Shown piece after piece: positions 55,099 through 64,000 of a DNA stretch of 64,000 nt. A model generated the notes under the pieces. That model did no database searches. It was not told the DNA's origin and saw only the letters and a program-made list of their open reading frames with translations. Both the position numbers and the translations under genes were made by a program. Source of the DNA: an uncultured bacterium (GTDB taxonomy: Bacteria; Patescibacteriota; Minisyncoccia; UBA6257; GWB1-50-10); assembly GCA_903827975.1 (NCBI GenBank), contig CAIKKG010000005.1, positions 372-64,371 on the forward strand, read 5' to 3'. Each line of letters begins with the position of its first letter. Within the stretch, counting starts at the first letter, position 1.

Positions 55099-56937
55099 TT
55101 GAAAATAAACATGAATAAGAAAAAAAGTAAAAATCCATTTAGTAGTAAAAAATTGATAGGAACGCTTGGCGTTACCAGAAAGTTATTTGGCCTTTTGTGG
55201 CAGTGGGAGCCAAGTATAGTTATTCAGAGTTTTATTACATATTCGATACCGGCGATTTTACCTTTTATAAATGCTTATATTTATAAACTTATTATTGACC
55301 TTGTTATTGCTTCAGTTGGATCGGGCTTAGTTGATTACAAGCAATTAGCCATATATCTAATATTTCGTTTCATCTCACTTCTCGCTTTAGATGTTTCATA
55401 TACGTTCCAGGACATAATAGATAAAAAGCTATGGATTAGGTTTCCAGCAAAGTTTTACACGATGATTCTTTCTAAGATTTCCTCGTTGGAGCTTGAATAT
55501 TTTGAAGACCCTGAATTTCGTAATAAGCTTCAGAATTTGCGCGAGAGTTATATAACTAGGCCAATAAATACAATCTCATTTGTTTTTTACCTTTGGCAGT
55601 CATTTCTGCAGTTTTGTATTGCCATAGCCGCACTTTCTCTACTTAACTGGTGGATTCTATTTCCAATACTTCTAACGGCTGTGCCAATTTTTCTTACTCG
55701 TAAATCACACTCAGAGTTTGCTTGGGGAATCTGGAATGGAAACTCACCTTATCGTAAGAAGTTTTGGTATCTATCTGAACTTATACAGGGTGGCGAAGGT
55801 ATTAAGGAGATTAAAATTTTCCAACTCAGCAAGAAGTTTATTGGTGAGCTACACAGCATGTATGAGCGTTTTTTGAAGGAGAACGAGGTTGTTTTAAAGA
55901 AGTATCTAATTTCAAACAACCTACTAAATGTTTTCTCAAATATTGTATATGGTGGTATTGAGATATTCATTATTTATCTTGCAATATTAAAGACAATCAC
56001 TATTGGTAGCATCAGCTATTATACGAGCGTTATGAATAATCTGCAGAATGGTGTGAGTGGTATGCTGAGGAACGCTGCGCGGCTTTATGAAAATGCAATG
56101 TATATCGTTGACATGTTTGAGGTTCTAGAATCGCCAAGTAAAATCATTGTTCCAGAGAGTCCAACAAAAATTGATTATTTATCCGCACCAAAAATCGAAT
56201 TTAAAAATGTAACATTTAGTTATCCAAAGGCATCGAAAGCTTCGCTGGAAGATTTCTCAATGGTTATTGAACCAGGTGAAAAAATTGCTATTGTCGGAGA
56301 GAATGGTGCAGGTAAGACAACATTAATTAAGTTACTCGCGAGACTATATGATGTGTCTTCAGGAGAGATATTAATTAATGGTGTTAATGTAAGGGAACTT
56401 GATCTTGATAGGTGGCATGCTGCATTGGGAATACTGCTTCAAGACTTTATAAAATACGAATATTCGATTAAGGATAATATTTATTTTGGGAATACAGAAT
56501 TTAAAGAGGACATTGAGAAAATTAAAGAGGCGGCAAAGAATTCAGGCGCAGATTCTGTAGCGTCTAATTATAAAGATGGTTATGATCAGATGCTTGGAAA
56601 GACATTCGAAAATTCAGTTGAGCTTTCCGCTGGGCAGTGGCAGAAGGTTGCACTAGGGCGCGCATTTTTTAGAAATTCACCAATACTCATATTGGATGAG
56701 CCAACTGCTTCTGTAGATGCGAAAGCCGAGGCCGAGATTTTCGAGCATGTTGAGAGATTGGCTAAGAATAAGACTGTTATCATTATTTCGCACAGATTTT
56801 CAACTGTTAAAAATGCTGATAAAATATTTGTTATTAATGAAGGAAAGATAATTGAGGCGGGGGCACATAAGGAGCTAATTAAGAAAAAGGGGACATATGC
56901 AACTCTTTTCAACTTGCAGGCAAAGGCATATAAATAA
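55099..56937 (+). CDS. ABC exporter, fused permease/ATPase (MsbA-like)
   Basis: 6 TM + Walker A GENGAGKTT + LSAGQWQK + ILDEPTASVD. Confidence 0.85.
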   Translation: MKINMNKKKSKNPFSSKKLIGTLGVTRKLFGLLWQWEPSIVIQSFITYSIPAILPFINAYIYKLIIDLVIASVGSGLVDYKQLAIYLIFRFISLLALDVSYTFQDIIDKKLWIRFPAKFYTMILSKISSLELEYFEDPEFRNKLQNLRESYITRPINTISFVFYLWQSFLQFCIAIAALSLLNWWILFPILLTAVPIFLTRKSHSEFAWGIWNGNSPYRKKFWYLSELIQGGEGIKEIKIFQLSKKFIGELHSMYERFLKENEVVLKKYLISNNLLNVFSNIVYGGIEIFIIYLAILKTITIGSISYYTSVMNNLQNGVSGMLRNAARLYENAMYIVDMFEVLESPSKIIVPESPTKIDYLSAPKIEFKNVTFSYPKASKASLEDFSMVIEPGEKIAIVGENGAGKTTLIKLLARLYDVSSGEILINGVNVRELDLDRWHAALGILLQDFIKYEYSIKDNIYFGNTEFKEDIEKIKEAAKNSGADSVASNYKDGYDQMLGKTFENSVELSAGQWQKVALGRAFFRNSPILILDEPTASVDAKAEAEIFEHVERLAKNKTVIIISHRFSTVKNADKIFVINEGKIIEAGAHKELIKKKGTYATLFNLQAKAYK

Positions 56938-56957
56938 GCAATTATTAATTAAACATC

Positions 56958-57704
56958 ATGAAGCACCCATTAAGAACAAGAATTAAAAAAGACATCGTTT
57001 CTGAGTTTGTTCCTCCATCGGTTCGAACTTCTGATGTAATTATTTTATGTTCTGGAATGCCCGGATATCCCGCTCAGAGCGAACTTATGTTTTTGCTCGC
57101 AAAACTGGGGTACTGGGTTTTTCTACCTAGATATCGCGGAAGTTGGGAGAGTGGAGGCTCACTTCTTAAAATTTCACCACATGAAGATATACTTGATTTA
57201 ATAGATTCACTTTCTGATGGGTTTACGAGTATTTGGGATGGTAAGGTATATAAAATAAATAATCCAAAAGTTCGAATAATTGGTTCAAGTTTTGGAGGGC
57301 CAGCGGCAATTCTTGCCTCAACACATAAAAACGTTAAGAAGGTTGTTGCACTTTCTCCAGTTATCGATTGGCGTATTGAGTCTGAGACTGAGCCACTAAA
57401 CAAATTAAAAGATTTTACACTCGGGGCATTTGGTAATGGGTATCGCGTAAATATAAAAGATTGGAATAAACTAAAGTCAGGCTCATTTTACAATCCTATT
57501 TCTGTTGTCGGGTCTCTTAATAAAAAAAAGATTTATGTAATACACGCAAAAGATGATGATGTCGTGTATCCAAGCGGTTCAATATTATTTGCAGAGAAGC
57601 TTGGGTGTTCATTTACGTTGCTAAAGAGTGGTGGGCATCTTTCTCTTTCAGATATATGGAGAAATGCTTCTATGAGAAAAAAAGTTCTAGAATTTTTGGG
57701 TTAA
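56958..57704 (+). CDS. alpha/beta hydrolase (dienelactone hydrolase/S9-like)
   Basis: IIGSSFGG nucleophile elbow. Confidence 0.55.
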   Translation: MKHPLRTRIKKDIVSEFVPPSVRTSDVIILCSGMPGYPAQSELMFLLAKLGYWVFLPRYRGSWESGGSLLKISPHEDILDLIDSLSDGFTSIWDGKVYKINNPKVRIIGSSFGGPAAILASTHKNVKKVVALSPVIDWRIESETEPLNKLKDFTLGAFGNGYRVNIKDWNKLKSGSFYNPISVVGSLNKKKIYVIHAKDDDVVYPSGSILFAEKLGCSFTLLKSGGHLSLSDIWRNASMRKKVLEFLG

Positions 57705-57728
57705 TATATTTGGTGCTATACTTTACTT

Positions 57729-58148
57729 ATGTGGCTTTTATATGCATTTTTATCTGCGCTTACAGCATCGCTTGTTGCGATTTTTGGTAAGTTGGGCCTT
57801 AAGGGGATTGACCCCACGCTAGCTACTACAATTCGCTCAATAATAATGGCTGGGTTTCTTGTATTAACCAGTTTATTCCTGAAAAAATTTAATGGGTTTT
57901 CATTTGATTCATTCAGCTCAAGGGACTGGACACTTATTATTTTGTCCGGCATTGCGGGCGCACTCTCGTGGTTATTTTATTTTTTTGCACTTAGATCGGC
58001 AGACGCTTCAAAAGTTGTTGCTGTAGATAGGATGAGTATAGTTTTTGTTGTTCTCCTAGCGGCAATATTTTTAGGGGAGACGCTTGGGTGGAAATCTGTA
58101 CTAGGAGCACTTTTAATGGTTGCCGGGGCGATAATGATCTCGCTTTAA
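57729..58148 (+). CDS. EamA-domain small transporter (DMT superfamily)
   Basis: 4 TM; EamA-like pattern. Confidence 0.7.
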   Translation: MWLLYAFLSALTASLVAIFGKLGLKGIDPTLATTIRSIIMAGFLVLTSLFLKKFNGFSFDSFSSRDWTLIILSGIAGALSWLFYFFALRSADASKVVAVDRMSIVFVVLLAAIFLGETLGWKSVLGALLMVAGAIMISL

Positions 58149-58190
58149 AAATTTACTAATTACGCGTTTTTAATTATATTTTCTAAATAT

Positions 58191-59201
58191 ATGGGAATTG
58201 AACAAATACCACTATCTCAAGCAAAGTTACCAGAAAAGGATTTTAGATTTGAGGAGAAATTTAAAGAACGTGAAGTTATTAAATTGCCAGGTGGCGATAT
58301 TAAGGTTTTAGACGTATCACCAGAGCATCTTCTACATGAAAATCCGACACTTCTTATTCCAGGATATAGTGACAATGCTCCAGAAAGTAGGAAGGCAAAT
58401 ATAAGTACTTTATATGAAGAGGGGCGAAGGGCACTTATGGTGGAGAGCGCAAGTGGTGCCGATGTAGAAATTTCGGACCCTAAAGTAAATGAATTTTCCG
58501 ATTCGCTTCTTCGCCAAGTAGCCGCTATTGAGCCAGTATTAGAGCAAAAAAATATTAAGGTTGATGCTATTGGTGAATCGCGTGGTGGCGTTGTAGTACT
58601 TTTGGCTGCATATCTATATCCTGAAAAATTTAATAATATCGTTCTTATTGACCCCGCTGGAATGGTTGAATCTATGAATGCTGCAAAGCTTACCATGAGA
58701 TTTATTATGACTGGGATAGCCGAGGGTAGAATTTTTGCAAAGCGTGAAAAAATGGGTGATGTTTCAGCAATGGCTAAAGAGCAGGTTGTGTGGGGAACCG
58801 CAAATTTTGTGAAATGGGTTGCGAGCAACCCAATGAAAAGAGTTGAAGAAATAAAAGACCTATCTCACGTAGAGGTGGCACATTTGTTATCAGAAATTAA
58901 AGCACTGGGAATTGGAATTTCAATTATACACGGTGTTAATGATAAGGTTTTTCCAATGGAGGACATGCAAGCAAGTATAACGAATGAAATAAATAAAGTT
59001 AGAGAAAAAATGAAAAATGAAGGAGCTCATGAGGATGAAATTGCTAATGCCTATAAAAAGGTTGTTGATGGGTTTTATTCTGTTAGGGGTGGGCATGGTG
59101 ATTTTAATACAAACCCTGAAAAATATACCTGGTTAGCATCTAATGCGCTTACCGCATTAGAAGAGAAGAAGAAAAACAAAAAAGCTGATAAACCGCAATA
59201 A
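58191..59201 (+). CDS. alpha/beta hydrolase fold protein
   Basis: GESRGG elbow; 336 aa. Confidence 0.5.
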   Translation: MGIEQIPLSQAKLPEKDFRFEEKFKEREVIKLPGGDIKVLDVSPEHLLHENPTLLIPGYSDNAPESRKANISTLYEEGRRALMVESASGADVEISDPKVNEFSDSLLRQVAAIEPVLEQKNIKVDAIGESRGGVVVLLAAYLYPEKFNNIVLIDPAGMVESMNAAKLTMRFIMTGIAEGRIFAKREKMGDVSAMAKEQVVWGTANFVKWVASNPMKRVEEIKDLSHVEVAHLLSEIKALGIGISIIHGVNDKVFPMEDMQASITNEINKVREKMKNEGAHEDEIANAYKKVVDGFYSVRGGHGDFNTNPEKYTWLASNALTALEEKKKNKKADKPQ

Positions 59202-59202
59202 A

Positions 59203-59232
59203 TAAAACCCCCTAATTTCGCGAGGGGGTTTT
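59203..59232. terminator. bidirectional terminator
   Basis: aaaa-ccccc-taatttcgcga-ggggg-tttt. Confidence 0.65.
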
Positions 59233-59237
59233 AAGTA

Positions 59238-60257
59238 TTACCAACTAGCTTCTTCTAGGAATTTCAGCGTCTTCTCATTCGTAAGCATCTCTTCTATGTA
59301 ACTCCTAAATGCTTCTGGGTTTGTGTCTGTGTAGTGGGTTGCTGCATGTTCCACTTCTTTTTCTACTTCTTTTTCGTCTGCTTTTATACCTTCTTTTGTT
59401 GCAATTGCTTTCAATATGAATTTTGTTTTGAATTGGCGCTCAATCGCTTCTTTCCTTTCCTTCATATATTCCTCCTCAGTTTTCTTTATTAGTTTAAAGT
59501 AATCCTCCTCACTCATCTTCCTTTTCTCAAGCTCGCGGTGTAGTCTTCCGTGTGCGGCATACATCTCATCTTCAACAAGAAGTGATGGAAGTTTAATTTT
59601 TGATTCATCTGCGAGCTTTTTCGCAAGCTCCTCATATCGCATGCGAGCTGATTCCATTTCTTTCTCGGCTTTAATATTTGTTTTTAGTTTTTCCTTGAAA
59701 TCAACAACATTTTCAAATTTACCAATTGTTTTTACAAAATCATCAGTTAGTTCAGGCAATTTACCATCCTCGCCTTGGCGCATTGTTAATAACTGCTTAA
59801 TTATTTCTTCCACCTCTTCGTCGGTTGCCTCGGCTTGTTTTTTTGTATCTTTTACAGCTTTAGCAATTTTCTTGTAATTCGGAAGATCCACTTCTGGCTC
59901 AACCGCTATACTAATTTTAAATTCGAGTGGGCTACCAAGCGCAAGTTTTACAAATGTTACGCGTGGTGAGCTTATCGGTACAATATGATTATCATCAAGT
60001 ATTGCTGGATAGGCGATACTAAGGGCTTCCTCAGCTGCATCCTCAAGAACATGATTCATGTCTAATTGCTTAAGAACCATTTCTTCTGGGGCATTTCCTT
60101 TGCGGAATCCGGGTATCTCAGCCTCCTGTTTTACCTCATCAAGAACTTCTTGTCGGTGAAATTCAATTATATTTGTAGGAATTTCTCCTTCAATTTCAAT
60201 AACACTGTCTTTTGGCTTTCCGACTTTGAGATTTGTATAGAGTTTTTTGTCTTCCAT
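59238..60257 (-). CDS. tig: trigger factor, short form lacking PPIase domain
   Basis: N-terminal ribosome-binding GFRKGNAP motif followed directly by C-terminal chaperone arm; 339 aa. Confidence 0.7.
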   Translation of the reverse strand: MEDKKLYTNLKVGKPKDSVIEIEGEIPTNIIEFHRQEVLDEVKQEAEIPGFRKGNAPEEMVLKQLDMNHVLEDAAEEALSIAYPAILDDNHIVPISSPRVTFVKLALGSPLEFKISIAVEPEVDLPNYKKIAKAVKDTKKQAEATDEEVEEIIKQLLTMRQGEDGKLPELTDDFVKTIGKFENVVDFKEKLKTNIKAEKEMESARMRYEELAKKLADESKIKLPSLLVEDEMYAAHGRLHRELEKRKMSEEDYFKLIKKTEEEYMKERKEAIERQFKTKFILKAIATKEGIKADEKEVEKEVEHAATHYTDTNPEAFRSYIEEMLTNEKTLKFLEEASW

Positions 60258-60328
60258 AAGTCAATAGATTACTACACGAAACGCGTATCGGCAAGTATAA
60301 AAAAATCGTCTATAATTAGATTCATTAT

Positions 60329-61525
60329 ATGCAGATTAATAGGACACAATTTAGTTTTTTTGGAAGGCGGGAGGTAAAGGCACTTTATGGAACACTAGCT
60401 CTCATTACGTTTGGAGAGGGTCTTATTAATATATTCGTGCCTATTTTCTTATGGAAAATGGGGTTCGCAATTTGGCAGATTCTATTTTTTTACTTTCTGC
60501 ATTCTGTTTATTTTGTTATATTAACATTCGCTACACTACCAATTCTTGATAGGATGAGTGACAAAATGATGATGTTCCTTAGTGTGCCACTCATGATTCT
60601 TTATTTTTTTGGCTTGAATTACATAGCGGAGATTCCGTATTTATTTCTAATACTCCCACTTATACTTGCCCTGAATACGTTGTTTTTTGATGTTGGATAT
60701 AACCTCGATTTTTCACAAACCGTTGATGATAAGAAGATTGGTCGTGAGATTGGAACAAGAAATACGATTTCAGCACTTGTACATTTCAGCGCACCATTTA
60801 TAGGAGGGGCGCTCATCGTTTTTTACGGTTTTTCAGTAACTTTTTTTATAGCATCATTAATTCTTTTTGGTGCCGTTGTTCCCTTGTTCTTTTTCCCGCA
60901 TCGCCACCTAGCAACAAATCTAAAGAGAGGGCAGATTTTAAGATTCCTTTTTGGGCGCGGTATTCAGAATTTTAATATTTCTGGTATCGGATATTCCACA
61001 GAGTTGATAATAGGAGGCCTACTTTGGCCAATGTTTATATTTTTCGCAGTTAATAACATAGAATCTTTAGGCGGTATAATTTCAGTCGGCTTATTTGCCT
61101 CAGCTATTACAACATATTTTGTTGGCCTTCTCTCGGATTCTGGGGACAGAAGAAAAATATTAAGCATAACCACAATTCTTTTCGCGACTATCTGGGCAAC
61201 AAGAATTTTTACAACAAGTCCTAACGCAATTATTATTTCAAATGTTATTGGGAATATTATTGCCGCCGCACTGATGGTCGCTTGGTCTAGTCAGTTTTAT
61301 AAAATTGCTAAGGCTGTTACACACCCAAGTCTATTTATTTTAAGTCGCGAGGTCCTTTATTTTTTGTCGCGAATCGTGTTTTTACCAATATTAATGGTTC
61401 TATCATGTGTCCTAACAATACAGAATTTTTTCATGGTAAGCTTCGGTCTGGCCGCACTTCTTCAGCTCCTATTTCTTTTTGCAAACAGGTTCCATCTTAA
61501 TGACCTTACTGCAATGAATGAATAG
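60329..61525 (+). CDS. MFS-like polytopic membrane transporter
   Basis: ~12 TM. Confidence 0.5.
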   Translation: MQINRTQFSFFGRREVKALYGTLALITFGEGLINIFVPIFLWKMGFAIWQILFFYFLHSVYFVILTFATLPILDRMSDKMMMFLSVPLMILYFFGLNYIAEIPYLFLILPLILALNTLFFDVGYNLDFSQTVDDKKIGREIGTRNTISALVHFSAPFIGGALIVFYGFSVTFFIASLILFGAVVPLFFFPHRHLATNLKRGQILRFLFGRGIQNFNISGIGYSTELIIGGLLWPMFIFFAVNNIESLGGIISVGLFASAITTYFVGLLSDSGDRRKILSITTILFATIWATRIFTTSPNAIIISNVIGNIIAAALMVAWSSQFYKIAKAVTHPSLFILSREVLYFLSRIVFLPILMVLSCVLTIQNFFMVSFGLAALLQLLFLFANRFHLNDLTAMNE

Positions 61526-61552
61526 TGGTAGACTTTTTAAACAATTATTTTT

Positions 61553-62875
61553 ATGACAGCTAAAAAAACACAGGATTTGTTTTCAGAATTTGAGCCGGAG
61601 CGCGAGATTAAAGAGGAGCTTGAAAAAGTTTTCTCAGTTTCAGAATTCGTTGATTTTTTAAATGAATATCTTAAGCCAGCAAAGGTTATTGTTCATGGTG
61701 AGATAGGCGAGAAGATGAGCACATACCCTGGGTTCACCTTTCTTAATTTGTTAGATACAGAGGACAAGTCATCTGTTCAATGTTTTGTTACTAGCGATGT
61801 GCTGAGAGCTCTCGGCATTAGTCTTCAGCCTGGAATGGCAGTTAAGATTCACGGATATCCATCAGTCTTCAAGAAGAATGGAGGATTAAATCTAAGGGTT
61901 ATGCGTATTGAGCTTGTTGGTGAGGGAATGCTAAAGAAACAGTTTGAAATTCTAAAAAAGAAACTTGGTGATCTTGGGTTATTTGATATAAAAAGGAAGA
62001 GGGTATTACCGCAATTTACAGAGAGTGTGGGTTTGATTACTTCAAAATTTGGTAGGGGTGCGCTAAAAGATTTTGTAACTAATTTAGATAATTTTAATAT
62101 TTCACTTTTTTTGTATCCTGTTAAGGTTGAGGGTGCTTCTGCTGTTGGTGAGATTACGGATGCAATCAAATGGCTTAATGAAAATAAACCTGAGCTGAGT
62201 ATAATTGTTCTTGCTCGCGGCGGAGGAAGCTGGGAGAGCTTACAGGCTTTTAATAGTGAGGATGTTGTTCGTGCAATTGCTGCATCAAAAATTCCAGTTC
62301 TTACCGGAATTGGTCATGAGGATGATGTAACACTAGCTGATCTTGTTGCAGATTTTCGTGCTTCAACCCCGACACATGCTGCAAAAGTTCTAAGTGATCC
62401 GTGGGTACTCGCAAGAGAAAATGTTTTACAGTCTGAAAGAGCTATTGCAATGGCAATGCGTACGAGTCTTCGTACTGCTCTAGAGTCATTGAAGAGTGCC
62501 GAGTCATCAATAACAACACTTGTAAGTAAGCAGATATCTGAGCCTAAGCGCTCACTAGACACTAAACTAAGATTCATTTCTGCAAGATTTCAGGAATTTC
62601 CAAAACAGTTCTCCTTACAGGAGAAAAACTTTTTCGATAATTCTCAAAAGTGGCTCATACATCTTAAACGAATTCTTTTTCAGCATGAAGAAAAACTCGG
62701 GCTTTCAAGTCCTCTTTTCAAATTGCGACAAGGGTATACAATTACCACAACAGAGTCGGGTGAAGTTGTTAAGGATTTAGAAAAGTTGAAGAAATCAGAT
62801 ATAATCACAACTAGATTTACTAAAGGCAGGATAACGTCGAAAATAGAAGAAATAAAAATTCAAAACAATGGCTGA
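61553..62875 (+). CDS. xseA: exodeoxyribonuclease VII large subunit
   Basis: N-terminal OB fold; LARGGGSWESL...TGIGHEDD core. Confidence 0.85.
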   Translation: MTAKKTQDLFSEFEPEREIKEELEKVFSVSEFVDFLNEYLKPAKVIVHGEIGEKMSTYPGFTFLNLLDTEDKSSVQCFVTSDVLRALGISLQPGMAVKIHGYPSVFKKNGGLNLRVMRIELVGEGMLKKQFEILKKKLGDLGLFDIKRKRVLPQFTESVGLITSKFGRGALKDFVTNLDNFNISLFLYPVKVEGASAVGEITDAIKWLNENKPELSIIVLARGGGSWESLQAFNSEDVVRAIAASKIPVLTGIGHEDDVTLADLVADFRASTPTHAAKVLSDPWVLARENVLQSERAIAMAMRTSLRTALESLKSAESSITTLVSKQISEPKRSLDTKLRFISARFQEFPKQFSLQEKNFFDNSQKWLIHLKRILFQHEEKLGLSSPLFKLRQGYTITTTESGEVVKDLEKLKKSDIITTRFTKGRITSKIEEIKIQNNG

Positions 62876-63077
62876 TAAAAAAATTAATTTCACAGAGAGT
62901 TATAAGGAGCTTGAGAAGATAAATGAATGGTTTCAGAGCGAGAATATAAACTTAGATGAGGCACTAGAAAAATATGAGAGAGGTTTAGACCTTATTAAGA
63001 AGTGTAAGGAGCGATTGAAAGAAGCTGAGAATAAGTTCGAGGAAATAAAAAGCAAGTATGCAAGTGGTGATGAGTAG
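62868..63077 (+). CDS. xseB: exodeoxyribonuclease VII small subunit
   Basis: 69 aa; FEESLKELEEI-like helix; overlaps xseA by 8 nt. Confidence 0.8.
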   Translation: MADKKINFTESYKELEKINEWFQSENINLDEALEKYERGLDLIKKCKERLKEAENKFEEIKSKYASGDE

Positions 63078-63134
63078 AATATTTTAGATAAATATTTATT
63101 CACAGGCTTGTGCTGACATATTAATTTTATTTGA

Positions 63135-63140
63135 TATAAT
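63135..63140 (+). promoter_or_regulatory. -10 TATAAT 6 nt upstream of ATG 63147 (leaderless)
   Basis: gatataat then ttttcac ATG. Confidence 0.4.
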
Positions 63141-63146
63141 TTTCAC

Positions 63147-63320
63147 ATGATTCATTACGTATGTTTGGGGGATTGCGGTAGCGTGATAGATGAGTTTGGT
63201 CTATGTGAGTCCTCAGATTGTTCACAAAACGGCCTTCCTCTTGAAAAATGTAAGTGTTCAGATGGTCTTCATAGCTCGCTTTTCGATGATTTAGGTGAGG
63301 AAACAGACAATAACATGTAG
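63147..63320 (+). CDS. small Cys-rich protein (57 aa, 6 Cys), not in the ORF track
   Basis: own translation MIHYVCLGDCGSVIDEFGLCESSDCSQNGLPLEKCKCSDGLHSSLFDDLGEETDNNM; leaderless promoter context. Confidence 0.35.
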   Translation: MIHYVCLGDCGSVIDEFGLCESSDCSQNGLPLEKCKCSDGLHSSLFDDLGEETDNNM

Positions 63321-63474
63321 ACTGTCTAAGTTTGGTTTGTTGGGGGTTGCTTTTTTTCTACGATATGGTATAAATACAGCGTCAGTAGGTTTCTCAGTTG
63401 GGGTAATCCTTTTGCCACGTTAAGTGTGTAAGGAGCCAAGTGAGTGGTCGCCCTACGAAGCAAAATACACACAA

Positions 63475-63771
63475 ATGGCAAAGAGATTATATATTGGAGG
63501 TTTGCCGTACTCTTCCACAGATGCTGACATGAAAGCAGCATTTGAGAAGGTGGGACCGGTTACGTCTGCAACGATCATCATCGATAAGATGACAGGTCGC
63601 TCACGCGGATTCGGTTTCGTCGAAATGGAAAACGAGGCAGATATTTCAAAGGCTATCGAGATGTGGAACGGAAAAGATTTTGACGGTCGCACGCTTACGG
63701 TAAACGAGGCGCGCCCGATGGAGTCACGTCCTGCACGCGGTGGTTTCGGAGGAGGAAGGAGAGACTACTAA
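63475..63771 (+). CDS. RRM-type RNA-binding protein with Gly/Arg tail
   Basis: RNP-2 LYIGGL and RNP-1 RGFGFVEM; SD aggag 63444. Confidence 0.8.
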   Translation: MAKRLYIGGLPYSSTDADMKAAFEKVGPVTSATIIIDKMTGRSRGFGFVEMENEADISKAIEMWNGKDFDGRTLTVNEARPMESRPARGGFGGGRRDY

Positions 63772-63879
63772 ATTTCTCAATCTAACTTGGACAAAAATCC
63801 CCTTAACGGGGATTTTTGATTTTATGTCATTAAATTAAATTAGTGCCGAGCAGTTAAAACGGTGGTATTATTTATATAT

Positions 63880-64000
63880 ATGTATAGTCCACCAAGAGTG
63901 CAAAATATGTTTAATCCAGACTCAACACAGCCATTTAAGTTGAGTCGCAGTAAGATAGAAAATTTTATTAGATGTGAGAGATGCTTTTATTTGGATCGTA
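63880..64000 (+). CDS. 5' fragment of a Cas4/RecB-like PD-(D/E)xK nuclease (runs off window)
   Basis: SRSKIENFIRCERCFYLDR resembles the Cas4 N-terminal Cys motif. Confidence 0.35.
   Translation, partial: MYSPPRVQNMFNPDSTQPFKLSRSKIENFIRCERCFYLDR

Noticed and set aside
1-64000. CRISPR arrays, rRNA genes, IS elements with transposases
   Set aside because: No regularly spaced short direct repeats, no rRNA-like conserved tracts, and no DDE/IS200-type transposase ORFs were seen. The only repeats are the att copies, the ~110-bp A/B pair and the 42-bp coding tandem repeat.

Overview
This 64-kb window comes from an AT-rich, small-genome bacterium. Its features fit a Candidate Phyla Radiation/Patescibacteria lineage: a fused PilM/PilN-like pilus protein, a secreted cupredoxin, a trigger factor lacking the PPIase domain, and tRNAs without encoded CCA. 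Most of it is plus-strand housekeeping.

Housekeeping genes, in order:
- pth, lepB, hisS, a HIT-family gene, rpsU, a YqeY-like gene, ybeY, ftsA-ftsZ, and the class II RNR gene nrdJ.
- A GH18 hydrolase, a membrane HExxH protein, and a cupredoxin.
- An ECF sigma module, ArsR and glutaredoxin, a multi-PAS histidine kinase, and an Nramp-like transporter.
- A HAD hydrolase, a P1B-type ATPase, a UvrD-type helicase-nuclease, typA, hpf, and a MacAB-like efflux set.
- eno, nth, gpsA, dinB, an ABC exporter, tig, xseA and xseB, and an RRM protein.

The standout is an integrated island of about 9.4 kb at tRNA-Asn (14754..24198), bounded by an exact 18-bp direct repeat of the tRNA 3' end. It carries:
- a large serine recombinase abutting attL;
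- an RHH protein and a winged-HTH regulator;
- an MmeI-like Type IIG restriction-modification enzyme;
- a compact nuclease(HARE-HTH)-Xis-like HTH-beta-methyltransferase operon with overlapping start and stop codons;
- an unknown 271-aa protein and a phage TerS-like gene;
- a GC-rich structured non-coding stretch.

Just beyond the island, two ~110-bp direct repeats each carry an inverted tRNA-Asn 3'-like fragment and flank an AT-rich cargo gene. This suggests serial integrations at this tRNA.

A recurring promoter architecture is visible: a -10 hexamer ending 6-7 nt before the ATG, implying leaderless mRNAs for at least nine genes. This also revealed two small genes missing from the ORF track.

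No CRISPR array or rRNA is present.
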